The notes: generated by a model from the sequence alone, not told the origin. Shown: positions 17,221-26,756, counted from the first letter of the stretch. The stretch: DNA of 64,000 bases from an uncultured Verrucomicrobia subdivision 3 bacterium (GCA_903913865.1 CAIWMU010000149.1:151-64150), one strand, 5' to 3'. Made by a program: numbers and translations.

Positions 17221-18204
17221 CTATTTCGTAATGAGGTCCACGACGGTTGTCTGATCCGCAGGGGCGGATTCCCCCTTGAGGATCTTGAGAGCCGCTTCGA
17301 TGCCGAACACAGCGAGTTGATCGCCATGCTGGTCGGCGGTTGCCACGACTTGTCCCTTTTGCAGGAGTGGTTGAAGCGCGCTGATGTTGTCGAAACCCGC
17401 CACCAGCACCTTGCCGGTCTTGCCTGCCGCCTGGATGGCGGAAACCGTGCCAAGAGCCATGCTGTCATTCGCACACAGGATCGCCTTCAGATCGGCATGT
17501 TCGCTCAGCATCGCCGCAGCCACGTTGCTGGCGGCTTCCATCTCCCAGCGACCGCTCTGGACCCCGACGAGGGTCAGTCCCGCCTTCTTCACAGCGTCCT
17601 CAAAGCCCAATCGGCGTTGCTGCCCATTGAACGCTGTGGGTATGCCCTCTATAATCGTGACCTTGTCACCCGCCTTCAATTGCTTTGCCAGTGCTTCACC
17701 CACTTTGCGCGCGCCGGCCCGATTGTCCGGCCCCACAAAGGGTATGTTAAGGTCGGCCTGCTTGAGGACGCCGGCATCGAGTTTGTTGTCGATATTTACC
17801 ACGAGGATTCCGGCAATTTTGGCCCGCTTGAGAACGGTCACCAGGGCTTTTGAATCTGCCGGTGCGATCACAATGGCGCTGACCCGCTGGGCGATCATCT
17901 GCTCGACGAGATTTACCTGCTCTCCCAGGTCCGTCTCGTTCTTGATGCCGTTGACCACGAGTTCATAGCTGGCACTGTTGGTGGATTGGTGCTTTTTCGC
18001 TCCCTCGGCCATCGTGCTGAAGAACTCGTTGGCGAGAGACTTCATGATCAAGGCAACCCTCGGCTTGCCCGGCGCGGCTTTCGGTTCGGGCTGATCGGGG
18101 GCTTTGCTGCATCCACCATTCATGAGGGCGAGTGCGCCCATTAGAAGTGCAGATGCGAGAAGGGGGGTAAGGTTGGTGGAGAATCGGTTTTTCATAAAAG
18201 GCAT
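17221..18204 (-). CDS. rbsB: Periplasmic ribose/sugar-binding protein (lipoprotein-like signal)
   Basis: The signal LLASALLMGALALMNGGCS is followed by a type-I periplasmic binding fold with RbsB-like strings (ALIMKSLANEFF, VGPDNRAGA, ANDSMALG, VAGFDN). Confidence 0.88.
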   Translation of the reverse strand: MPFMKNRFSTNLTPLLASALLMGALALMNGGCSKAPDQPEPKAAPGKPRVALIMKSLANEFFSTMAEGAKKHQSTNSASYELVVNGIKNETDLGEQVNLVEQMIAQRVSAIVIAPADSKALVTVLKRAKIAGILVVNIDNKLDAGVLKQADLNIPFVGPDNRAGARKVGEALAKQLKAGDKVTIIEGIPTAFNGQQRRLGFEDAVKKAGLTLVGVQSGRWEMEAASNVAAAMLSEHADLKAILCANDSMALGTVSAIQAAGKTGKVLVAGFDNISALQPLLQKGQVVATADQHGDQLAVFGIEAALKILKGESAPADQTTVVDLITK

Positions 18205-18212
18205 GTCAGGAG

Positions 18213-19178
18213 TTACTTGTTTGGTTTTCGGGTCGTTCGGTGGGTCACCCTCCCGGTCCGGACTGTTGCTTCGATCTCGCGCCGGGTTGGGGCTGATGGC
18301 TGGGCACCAAGCCGGGTGACGGAAATCGCAGCGGCCGCAGTCGCAAATTGTGCCGCAACGAGGAGGGGGCTACCCGCCGCAAGGGCAACACAGAGGGCAC
18401 CATTGAAAACATCGCCCGCCCCTGTTGCATCCACAGCCACCACTTTCAAGCCAGGGATCGGTTGACGGATGCCCTCTCCGGCGATGAACGATCCACGGGA
18501 TCCCAGAGTGATGATGACGTTCTGGACGCCCTGAGCCAGCAGCTTGAGCGCGGCTTGCTCGGCTGAGGGAATATCGGAGACGGGAATGCCGGTGAGCAGT
18601 TCAGCCTCGGTCTCGTTTGGCGTCAGCAGATAAAGTTGCTTGAGCAGTGCAGGGGGGAGGGGTTGTGCAGGAGCCGGGTTCAAAACAGACCGCACTCCTG
18701 CCCGGGTGGCAATCCTAACTGCCTCCTGAACTGTTGCCAGGGGTGTCTCCAGTTGCAAGAGGAGGACTCCCGCCTTGCTGATTAACCGATTGGCCTTTCT
18801 GACGTCACCGGGGCTCAAGAAGTCATTTGCGCCGGAGGCGACTGCGATGCTGTTCTCCCCGTCAGCTCCCACGAAAATCAACGCAACGCCGGATGGGTTG
18901 CTCTTGTCCTTGATGATATGGCTGACGTTGATGCCATCGGTGGAAAACCCAGCAATCGACTGATCTCCGTTGGCATCACAGCCCACCCGGGCGAGCAAGG
19001 TGACATCCCCTCCCGCCCGCGCTGCCGCGACAGCCTGATTGGCTCCCTTGCCACCGGCCGCCCGTGTGAATGTTCCCCCCAGAATGGTCTCTCCCGGCTT
19101 GGGGATTCGCGCGACCTGAATGATCAGGTCCGTGTTGGAACTGCCGATGACCAGAATGTTGGGTGAGGATGATGCCAT
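18213..19178 (-). CDS. rbsK: Ribokinase
   Basis: Trimmed to the ATG at 19178 (MASSSPNILVIGSSNTDL). PfkB motifs GGKGANQAVAAA, NETEAE and DATGAGDVFNGAL are present. Confidence 0.9.
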   Translation of the reverse strand: MASSSPNILVIGSSNTDLIIQVARIPKPGETILGGTFTRAAGGKGANQAVAAARAGGDVTLLARVGCDANGDQSIAGFSTDGINVSHIIKDKSNPSGVALIFVGADGENSIAVASGANDFLSPGDVRKANRLISKAGVLLLQLETPLATVQEAVRIATRAGVRSVLNPAPAQPLPPALLKQLYLLTPNETEAELLTGIPVSDIPSAEQAALKLLAQGVQNVIITLGSRGSFIAGEGIRQPIPGLKVVAVDATGAGDVFNGALCVALAAGSPLLVAAQFATAAAAISVTRLGAQPSAPTRREIEATVRTGRVTHRTTRKPNK

Positions 19179-19506
19179 GTTGCGCGCGTGGTGAGGATGC
19201 ACCGAAAATCTCAATCGTGAAGCAGAATCGGCGTTATGGAATTAAAGGGGGGTCTGCTGGCCATGCCGATTTGAACGAGTCAGTCTGATCGTCCGTCAGC
19301 GAGAATTTGTTCCGGAGGCGGTTCCATTCCGATCGGGGGGCATGGACGCCTGATTTCGGGTGGCAAAGAGGCCATCGATTTTGAGCTGTCCTCATGCCTC
19401 TCAGTGAATTAGTGGCGCGCCTGATCGTTTTGAGCAGTTCATGCCCCGAGCAACGCTAAAAAACGCGCTATTGGCAAGAAGATTCATGGATCGTCCCACA
19501 GCGGAA

Positions 19507-20163
19507 TTAGCGCAACCAGCCATCCACGGTGGGGGCGAGTTTCGCAGCAACTTCCGAAGCGAGGAATGCGGCCAGCGCCCCTGCAACAACATCCATGGTG
19601 TAGTGTGCCCTCAAGACAAGCACTATAAGCATTTCTCCGAGGGCGATTATTGTCGCGAGGACGGCAACCCAGGTTGGTGCAAAATGTGCCGCTTCGATGG
19701 CTCCCAGCACCGCCAGGGCGGTGTGACCCGAAAAGAAGAAATCATTGCCCACAGAGTAAGTCACCAGAAGCGCAGGGAACCCGGGGTATCTCCAGATGAT
19801 GCCCGGGGGAGGGGGGAGCGTGCAGAGACCCTGACAGGTTTGCCGTAACGTGAACACGATGAAGATCGCCAGGAAAGGGGCGAATGAGGCGCCAAAGATT
19901 GCAGCGGCGATGAGGGACAGGCTGAACAGGTCGATGAAGAGTGAGCTTATAATCAGGGCCACATTGGCGGCGGTGTGGTGAGTTGAGAAAAAATAGTTCC
20001 AGCGTTCGGTGAGATCATGGACGACGTCGCCGATGGCACCCTTGGGAGCTGATTTGCGCGCTATCAGGGATTGGGTCCAGAACCAGGCGACAAGTGCTCC
20101 TGCGACCACTCCAGTGCGGAGTCCGATAGTTGGCCAGTTGAATGTGGCTATTAGGGGTGTCAT
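19507..20163 (-). CDS. PAP2_C / sphingomyelin-synthase-like integral membrane phosphotransferase
   Basis: Trimmed to the ATG at 20163, 4 nt after the upstream stop. The protein is polytopic and carries FFFSGHTALAV and LRAHYTMDVVAG. These are the S-G-H-T and H-Y-T-x-D-V signatures of the SMS/PAP2_C branch of lipid phosphate phosphatases. Confidence 0.75.
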   Translation of the reverse strand: MTPLIATFNWPTIGLRTGVVAGALVAWFWTQSLIARKSAPKGAIGDVVHDLTERWNYFFSTHHTAANVALIISSLFIDLFSLSLIAAAIFGASFAPFLAIFIVFTLRQTCQGLCTLPPPPGIIWRYPGFPALLVTYSVGNDFFFSGHTALAVLGAIEAAHFAPTWVAVLATIIALGEMLIVLVLRAHYTMDVVAGALAAFLASEVAAKLAPTVDGWLR

Positions 20164-20167
20164 AATG

Positions 20168-21370
20168 TCATGTGCGGCGGCGCTTCTTGCTTTCTTCAAG
20201 GAGGCTTTCGAGTTGCCGACGAAGTTCGATCGCGATGGGGTCGCCATCGACGCCTCGCTCGCGGGTGGGGGTTGCCTCTATCGCGTCCCCCACAGAGATG
20301 ACCGCATGGACTGGGGGATGGGGTCGTGCGTTATCGGTCAGGTCCTCCTCGTAACGCTCGACGGTCTCCAGAAGGCGCTCCGGCGTGGGGGTGCCTGCCA
20401 GATAATCCCCGGAATAGCAATGGAGTTGTTGGGCGAAGTAGAGATCGGTGAGCAACCGCCAGCGGCGTGCGTTCTCCTCCTCGGTGAGGTCCCCCTGAAC
20501 GATCTCCGGAAGAATGGCTGCCCGCAGGCGTTTGATTCGGATCATCGTATCCGGTTCGCGACGTCCCCCAACCCATTCATTTTCAAGAGGTTGGAGGAGG
20601 TGGTCGAGCAGATTTGAAAGCCGGTCCGCCATTTCGCCCGATTTGGCTGCCCCGAGGTATTCGATTTCCTTCAGCCCGAGAAGGGCGTGCCCCACTTTGA
20701 CGATGCGATCGGTCCATGGGAGGTGGCTCTGCGGTTGCCACGAAAGCCGTGCCTCGATTTCCTGGAGGACCGGGGTGATGGTCGTGCCAATGTCACCCTC
20801 AAAGAAGTAGCGAATAAAAATCGGGTGCACCACCACCTTCCCGGGTCGTTGCGAGTTCAACCGCTGTTTTGCTGCTGCCCGGGCCAGAAATGCAACTCCA
20901 TCCATCAGGTTCAACAGCCGGTCATTGTTGCGGGTGACGAAGCCTTCTGGAAAGATCGCCAGAGGGTGTTGGGCTTCTGCCAGAATATGGGTTGCGCACT
21001 TGAGAGATTCCCGATCCAGACCTTCGCGGTAAACGCTGAAGCCCCCGATACGTTGCAACAGGAAGGATTGCAATCGGCTCTGCATGAAGAGATGCCAGCT
21101 CGCCATCACGTGCAACGACCTTTTTACTTCGCGTGAGAGCAAACCCAGCACCATGGGGTCACAGGGGCGGCAGTGGTTGGAAGCCAGCATCACGCCCGAT
21201 CCGGCATTCAGGGAGGCAGTGAGCTTTTCGGCCCCGATGAATTCCCAGGAAGTGATGCCGAAGTTTTTCCTCAGATATGTCGGCAGATAGCAGTGTATGA
21301 TCCAAGCCCAGAACGGGCTGAAGCGAGGAGGTGCGAACCGGTAGGGTTTGGCGATGACGATGTTCTGCAT
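20168..21370 (-). CDS. PlsC-type lysophospholipid/glycerolipid acyltransferase with a roughly 200-aa C-terminal extension
   Basis: It has the HX4D box (ASNHCRPCDP) and an FPEG box (AIFPEGFVTR). The C-terminal half is unassigned. Confidence 0.85.
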   Translation of the reverse strand: MQNIVIAKPYRFAPPRFSPFWAWIIHCYLPTYLRKNFGITSWEFIGAEKLTASLNAGSGVMLASNHCRPCDPMVLGLLSREVKRSLHVMASWHLFMQSRLQSFLLQRIGGFSVYREGLDRESLKCATHILAEAQHPLAIFPEGFVTRNNDRLLNLMDGVAFLARAAAKQRLNSQRPGKVVVHPIFIRYFFEGDIGTTITPVLQEIEARLSWQPQSHLPWTDRIVKVGHALLGLKEIEYLGAAKSGEMADRLSNLLDHLLQPLENEWVGGRREPDTMIRIKRLRAAILPEIVQGDLTEEENARRWRLLTDLYFAQQLHCYSGDYLAGTPTPERLLETVERYEEDLTDNARPHPPVHAVISVGDAIEATPTRERGVDGDPIAIELRRQLESLLEESKKRRRT

Positions 21371-21801
21371 GTCCGGCGAAAGTTCAGGGTCAGTTCATCC
21401 TCTTGAGAGCATCAACCCGATGAGGAATAGGCATGGTCGGTTGCACTGACGCTTTTGGCATGGCAGGGTTGATTGGAGAACGGCTTGAAGGGAACTCGAA
21501 TTTGCTCCGGTGCCGCGCCTGTGAAGGTGCAGCCAGAGTGAGGGGTGGTTGATCCTCATTCCCGCTTGTCACGCCACTAAAGTAACATGGCGGGGTGTCA
21601 TGGCAAATTGAAACCGGCAGCATACCAGAGGCCCGCCATTCGCCCTGTTTTGAGGAAGGGGCTGTCCACATCTGGCGGGTAGGAGGAGCTGAATCATCGT
21701 CAGGGCATGGTGCATGTTCCTGCCGATAACCGGGTTTTGGAACCGGGGCGGTGGAGTGCAAATGGGGTTGGTCTTTTTTTTGTCTATGCTACCCTTGCGT
21801 T

Positions 21802-22761
21802 GTGCAGCGTTTGATCATTTTGTTTGTTCTTTTGGCTATCTGTGGCTTCCGGTCAGAAGGGTTTGCTCTGGATGGCTCCAAGCAGACCGTGTCCGCGCCT
21901 GCGGGTGCGGTTGATCCCGTGCAGCAGGAATACCAGAAACTTCTGGATGAGGATAATGCCGCACAGTCAGATGTGGATGACTGGATTCTGGAAAACGACA
22001 AGTTTGCCGCACGTGGGGCCTCCATCCCACCGGCCGACATGAAACAGAAGATTCAGAAGCGGTTTGCGCCGGTCCGGAAGGGTTATGAGGATTTTCTGGC
22101 CCGGCATCCGGAGCACGTCAAGGCGCGGATAGCCTACGGCAGCTTTCTGGGGGATGTTCATGATGAGGATGGCGCGCGTGAGCAGCTTGAGAAGGCGCTG
22201 GCGTTCGAGACCAACAACCCCGCCGTTTACAACAACCTCGCAAACATTTATGGCCACACGGGCCCTGTCCGCAAGGCGTTTGAGTTTTATTCGCGCGCCA
22301 TCGATTTGAGTCCCCGCGAGCCGGTTTACCTGCAAAACTATGCCACAACGGTTTATCTTTTCCGGAAGGATGCGTCTGAAGTCTATGGCTTGACGGAACA
22401 GCAGGTGTTCAACAAGGCCCTCGGACTCTATCGAAGAGCCCTTGATCTGGATCCGACCAACTTTCCACTCGCATCCGATCTGGCCCAAACCTACTACGGC
22501 ATCGAGCCGAGACGGACGGACGAGGCGCTGATTGCGTGGACCAATGCCTTCAAGCTGGCCAGGGACTCGGTTGAGAGGGAAGGGGTGCATTTGCATTTTG
22601 CCAGACTCAAGATCGCCGCCCGCCGCTTTCAGGAGACCCGCGCTCACATCGGCTCCGTGACCAATTCCCTCTATGATGATCTCAAGGTTCGTCTGGAGAG
22701 GAACCTTAAAGAGCAGGAGGCGAAGGTCGCTCTGGAGCGAAAAGAGTCCGCAAGTCAATAG
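21802..22761 (+). CDS. Secreted TPR-repeat protein
   Basis: The GTG at 21802 gives (M)QRLIILFVLLAICGF, a signal peptide. TPR-like helices follow (NPAVYNNLANIYGHTGPVRKAFEFYSRAIDLSPREP, ALGLYRRALDLDPTN). The ORF-track start at 21751 is an alternative. Confidence 0.8.
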   Translation: MQRLIILFVLLAICGFRSEGFALDGSKQTVSAPAGAVDPVQQEYQKLLDEDNAAQSDVDDWILENDKFAARGASIPPADMKQKIQKRFAPVRKGYEDFLARHPEHVKARIAYGSFLGDVHDEDGAREQLEKALAFETNNPAVYNNLANIYGHTGPVRKAFEFYSRAIDLSPREPVYLQNYATTVYLFRKDASEVYGLTEQQVFNKALGLYRRALDLDPTNFPLASDLAQTYYGIEPRRTDEALIAWTNAFKLARDSVEREGVHLHFARLKIAARRFQETRAHIGSVTNSLYDDLKVRLERNLKEQEAKVALERKESASQ

Positions 22762-22944
22762 GGATTCATTTTCGATTGTCGATACGGCTCTGGTGGTCCA
22801 TCCAGGGTTCCGCGAAAACCCGGGGCGGGGGATCGTTCACACAGTTTGGGGACATGGGAGGGGGATGATCATTTTGGGTGATATGGGAGCATTATGCTTG
22901 AATTTTAGTCAGGAGATTTGTTAACTGGTCAAGCATCTTTAACT

Positions 22945-24348
22945 ATGAATGATCATTTTGAAATGCCTCTGGTGACGCCGCGCGTGACGCCCCAGCTCGA
23001 TCCGGCATTTCGCCCGGCGGTGCTGGCAAACCGTGCTTTCCGCGCCGAACTCGAGGCCTCAGGTTCCGGTATCCCCGTGTTGCTTGCCTTGGAGCAGGGG
23101 GACGGCATTGTTTCCCATTTCAGGACAGAGGTTTTTCCTGAAAGTGATCCCCGGTCCCGGGCAAACTTCTTCTACCTTGAGCGTATTCTGAAGTTCCTGC
23201 TTTGGTCGCGAGGGGGGTGGCGGATCCACTTTTCCGGGCCCCGGAACCTTGCGACCCGTCTTGCAGAGTATTATCAGGGGACAGCCACTGGACGTTTTGA
23301 CTCTAACATCGTAGGGGAGAGGATGTTTGATCATCCTCTGGAGGTGATCCATACGGAGAATCCCCCTCCCGAGTATCGTAACGCTGCTGCTTTGGGGCGG
23401 AATCTGGATGGGTGCCGGATCGGCTTCGACCTCGGGGGAAGTGATCGGAAGGTGGCTGCTTGTATCGATGGCAAGGTGGTCTTCAGCGAGGAGATCGTCT
23501 GGGACCCTTATTTCCAGCCGGATCCCCAATACCACTTTGATGGGATCATGGATTCACTCAAAAAGGCGGCGGTTCATCTGCCCCGGGTTGACGCCATTGG
23601 TGGGAGTGCCGCAGGGGTGTATGTCAACAACCGGGTCAAAGTGGCATCCCTCTTCCGGGGTGTATCCCCGGAATTGTTCAAGTCGCGGGTGGTGGATATT
23701 TTCCTCGAGGTCCGCAAAGCCTGGAACAACATACCGTTGGAGGTTGTGAATGACGGCGAAGTGACGGCGTTGGCTGGATCCATGTCGCTTGGGAAGAACC
23801 GGATTCTTGGAATCTCTCTGGGCACCAGTACTGCTGGTGGCTACGTGAACGGGGATGGCAACATCACCTCCTGGATCAACGAGCTGGCGTTTGTGCCTTT
23901 GGACTACAACCCGGCGGCTGCGGCGGATGAGTGGTCCGGGGACAGGGGCTGCAACGTGCAATATTTCTCCCAGCAATGTGTTGGACGACTTATCCCGGCT
24001 GCAGGTATTGAGGTGCCAAAGACGATGCCGTTGCCGGAGAAACTGAAACAGGTGCAAAAGTTGATGGATGCGGGGGATCTCCGCGCACGCAGGATTTACG
24101 AAGCCATTGGCACCTACCTTGGATACGGGGTGGCCCATTGCGCCGATTTTTACGATCTCGAGAATGTTCTGATCCTGGGTCGGGTGACTTCCGGACCGGG
24201 TGGCGACCTGATCATTGAGGGTGCCCGTGAAGTTCTCAAAGCAGAGTTTCCTGAACTGGCCGGGAGAATCGCCTTTCATATTCCTGACGAAAAGGAAAAA
24301 AGGCACGGTCAGGCGGTTGCGGCGGCGAGCCTGCCCAAGACCATCTGA
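22945..24348 (+). CDS. ROK-family sugar kinase with a roughly 150-aa N-terminal extension
   Basis: The ATG at 22945 is used. The ROK/actin-fold strings IGFDLGGSDRKVA, GGSAAGVYV, VNDGEVTALAG and LGTSTAGGYV lie in the C-terminal 320 aa. The N-terminal part is unassigned and has no obvious HTH. Confidence 0.85.
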   Translation: MNDHFEMPLVTPRVTPQLDPAFRPAVLANRAFRAELEASGSGIPVLLALEQGDGIVSHFRTEVFPESDPRSRANFFYLERILKFLLWSRGGWRIHFSGPRNLATRLAEYYQGTATGRFDSNIVGERMFDHPLEVIHTENPPPEYRNAAALGRNLDGCRIGFDLGGSDRKVAACIDGKVVFSEEIVWDPYFQPDPQYHFDGIMDSLKKAAVHLPRVDAIGGSAAGVYVNNRVKVASLFRGVSPELFKSRVVDIFLEVRKAWNNIPLEVVNDGEVTALAGSMSLGKNRILGISLGTSTAGGYVNGDGNITSWINELAFVPLDYNPAAAADEWSGDRGCNVQYFSQQCVGRLIPAAGIEVPKTMPLPEKLKQVQKLMDAGDLRARRIYEAIGTYLGYGVAHCADFYDLENVLILGRVTSGPGGDLIIEGAREVLKAEFPELAGRIAFHIPDEKEKRHGQAVAAASLPKTI

Positions 24349-24352
24349 ATTT

Positions 24353-25210
24353 ATGAATCCATATCAAGAGTTTGTGAACAGCATGGCGGAGGCGGTCAAG
24401 CGGGCCGGGACCCTTCCCCTGGGAGGTTTTCCCCCCGCACCCCGCCCGAAACTGCCGCAGGATGCACCAAAAGCCCTTTTCTTTTCCCCCCACCCGGATG
24501 ATGAATGCATCGTCGGCGGGGTGGCGGTGCGCATCTTCCGCGAGGCTGGCATGGAGTTGGTCAATGTGGCGGTGACCCAGGGCAGCAAAAAGGAGCGTCA
24601 GGCGGGCCGCTATGAGGAGTTGCGCCATGCATGCGATTATCTTGGCTTTGGGCTGGTTCCGACCGGACCCGGAGGGTTGGAGAAGGTGAACCCCAAAACC
24701 CGCCGGGAGGATCCGGCGCACTGGGCTGCCAGCGTGCAGGTCATTCTATCGATCTTGAAGGAGCACAACCCCAAGGTGATCATGTTTCCCCATGATCAGG
24801 ACTGGAACGGGACGCATATCGGAACCCATCATTTGGTGATGGACGCGCTGGCGCTCATGCCTGCGACTTTTGAATGTTACACGGTCGAGACCGAATTCTG
24901 GGGCCAGATGGATGATCCGAACCTGATGGTGGAGCTGAGTGCAACCGATTTGACTGACATGATCACCTCCACCACCTTCCACGTCGGGGAGGTGCAGCGG
25001 AATCCATATCACCTTTCTCTTCCGGCATTCGCGATGGACAATGTCCGGCGGGGTGCGGAGTTGGTGGGCGGGCAGGGCGGGGCGGCCCCTGAGTTCATGT
25101 TTGCCGCGCTATACCGTCTGCGCCGTTGGGCAGGGGGCGCGATCCAGAATATTCAGAAGGGCGGGCGGCAGGTGCCCCGGACCATGAACATAGGATGCCT
25201 GTTCCCGTAA
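24353..25210 (+). CDS. PIG-L / LmbE-family N-acetylglucosaminyl deacetylase
   Basis: Trimmed to the ATG at 24353, 5 nt after the ROK stop. FFSPHPDDECIVGG is the family zinc-site signature. A later HxxH-like string (GTHIGTHH) is also present. Confidence 0.85.
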   Translation: MNPYQEFVNSMAEAVKRAGTLPLGGFPPAPRPKLPQDAPKALFFSPHPDDECIVGGVAVRIFREAGMELVNVAVTQGSKKERQAGRYEELRHACDYLGFGLVPTGPGGLEKVNPKTRREDPAHWAASVQVILSILKEHNPKVIMFPHDQDWNGTHIGTHHLVMDALALMPATFECYTVETEFWGQMDDPNLMVELSATDLTDMITSTTFHVGEVQRNPYHLSLPAFAMDNVRRGAELVGGQGGAAPEFMFAALYRLRRWAGGAIQNIQKGGRQVPRTMNIGCLFP

Positions 25211-25221
25211 ATTCATCCTTC

Positions 25222-25674
25222 ATGCGGGAGGCCATCAGGCTCTCGCTGGAGAAGATGGAGGAAGGGGCCGGGGGGCCCTTTGGGGCGGTTGTCGTGCATA
25301 GCGGACGAATTGTGGGGCGCGGCTGGAACCAGGTCACATCGACCAATGATCCCACCGCCCATGCGGAAGTCATCGCGATTCGCAAGGCCTGCAAGCGTCT
25401 CGGGACCTTTGTTCTCGATTCCTGCGAGCTTTACACCAGTTGCGAGCCGTGCCCGATGTGTCTTGCGGCCATCTACTGGGCCAGAATACCCCGCGTTTAC
25501 TATGGGAACACCCGTCGTGACGCGGCCCGGATTGATTTTGACGACCAATGGCTCTATCGCGAGGTCTCCCGCCCCATCCGGGCGCGCAAGGTGATCATGA
25601 AACCGCTCCTGCGGAATGAGGCAATCGTCGCGTTTCGTGTCTGGTCCGAAAAGCCGGACAAGACCCCCTATTAG
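25222..25674 (+). CDS. CMP/dCMP-type zinc nucleoside (guanine/tRNA-adenosine-like) deaminase
   Basis: Trimmed to the ATG at 25222 (MREAIRLSLEKM). The zinc motifs HAEVIAI and CEPCPMC are present. Confidence 0.9.
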   Translation: MREAIRLSLEKMEEGAGGPFGAVVVHSGRIVGRGWNQVTSTNDPTAHAEVIAIRKACKRLGTFVLDSCELYTSCEPCPMCLAAIYWARIPRVYYGNTRRDAARIDFDDQWLYREVSRPIRARKVIMKPLLRNEAIVAFRVWSEKPDKTPY

Positions 25675-25733
25675 CGAGCCTTTGACAAATACGCTTTCGC
25701 GGGGCATCTTGCCTGAATTCGGTGTGACTATTA

Positions 25734-26756
25734 TTGCCGAGCACAATATCAGTGCAACATAAAGATTATTACAGCGTGTTGGGCGTCGCCCGTAACGCTT
25801 CGGAACTCGAGATTAAAAAAGCCTTTCGCAGGCTGGCTCGCCAATTCCATCCCGATGTCGCCGCCAACAAGAAGCAGGCGGAGGAGAAGTTCAAGGAGAT
25901 CAACGAGGCTTACGAGGTTCTGGGCGACTCTGAAAAGCGACACCGCTACGACGAGTTCGATGGGTTGCGTCAGGAGGATGGCGGATTTCCTCCCCCCCCT
26001 GGCGCGGGCGGTTCACGGAGACGTTCCGGCGGCAGGCGGGGAAGGAGGCGTGCCACCCGGTCAGACGCTGAGGAGTTTGGGTTTGATAATACCTCTTTCA
26101 GTGAGATTTTCGAGCAGGCTTTTCGTTCAGGAAGGGGGCAGGACGCCGGAGTGGGCTCCATGGACGAAGTTCAGGATGTGGAGTCGGAAATCGGGGTGAC
26201 GCTTGAGGAGGTCCTTCTAGGTTCCATCAGGACGGTTACGACGGTAACTGAGTTGTTGTGTGTAGCGTGCCGGGGGACCGGAAGAGTCAGCCGCAGGATC
26301 TGCGCCGGTTGTGGAGGGAGGGGACATTCCATGGGCACCCAGCCCTGCCAGGTGAAGATCCCTGCCGGGATTGGCGATGGTCAGCGATTGAGGATTCCCG
26401 GCAAAGGCATCGGCCATCCGCCAGGGGATTTGTACCTCAAAGTAAGGGTCGAAAAGCATCCGCTATTTGAGGTTTCGGGGTTGAATCTCGTTCACGAGTT
26501 GAGTCTGATGCCCTGGGATGCGGTGCTCGGAGCGAATGTTGCGGTGCCAACACTCGAGGGGCCCGTGAACATCAGGATTCCCGCAGGTACGCAACCGGGT
26601 CAGAAACTCAGGGTTCGGGATCGTGGTCTGGCAGGTCCCAGAGGGGAAAAGGGGGATATGATTGTGCGGGTTTCAATTGGAATCCCTCCGCTGGTGGGTG
26701 AGCGGGATCGGGAATTGTGGAAGCAACTGGCGGATGCGGCGAGGCAGGGTCTATAG
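25734..26756 (+). CDS. DnaJ/CbpA-like J-domain co-chaperone with a single CxxCxGxG pair
   Basis: The J domain is KDYYSVLGV...FHPDV...EAYEVLGD. An Arg/Gly-rich linker follows, then CVACRGTG..CAGCGGRG, then a DnaJ C-terminal beta domain. There is no ATG at the 5' end, so the start is TTG 25734 or GTG 25752. Confidence 0.85.
   Translation: MPSTISVQHKDYYSVLGVARNASELEIKKAFRRLARQFHPDVAANKKQAEEKFKEINEAYEVLGDSEKRHRYDEFDGLRQEDGGFPPPPGAGGSRRRSGGRRGRRRATRSDAEEFGFDNTSFSEIFEQAFRSGRGQDAGVGSMDEVQDVESEIGVTLEEVLLGSIRTVTTVTELLCVACRGTGRVSRRICAGCGGRGHSMGTQPCQVKIPAGIGDGQRLRIPGKGIGHPPGDLYLKVRVEKHPLFEVSGLNLVHELSLMPWDAVLGANVAVPTLEGPVNIRIPAGTQPGQKLRVRDRGLAGPRGEKGDMIVRVSIGIPPLVGERDRELWKQLADAARQGL

Noticed and set aside
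21371-21750. Cobalamin riboswitch-like strings (GAAGGGAAC..., CGCGCCTGTGA, GCCACT, ACCAGAGGCCCGCC) in the divergent spacer upstream of the TPR gene. There is also an RNase-P-like GAGGAAGGGGC.
   Set aside because: Motif spacing does not fit the consensus. The GGUG...CCCGC..CUGU segment is collapsed, the B12 box matches only about half its positions, and the downstream gene (a TPR protein) is not a typical B12-regulated gene. Only a covariance-model scan could rescue this idea.
22898-22926. TTGAAT, 17 nt, TTAACT promoter-like match upstream of the ROK gene
   Set aside because: It overlaps the alternative TTG start (22918) and an AGGAG at 22911-22915, so the promoter and start-site readings conflict. 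I could not decide between them from sequence alone.
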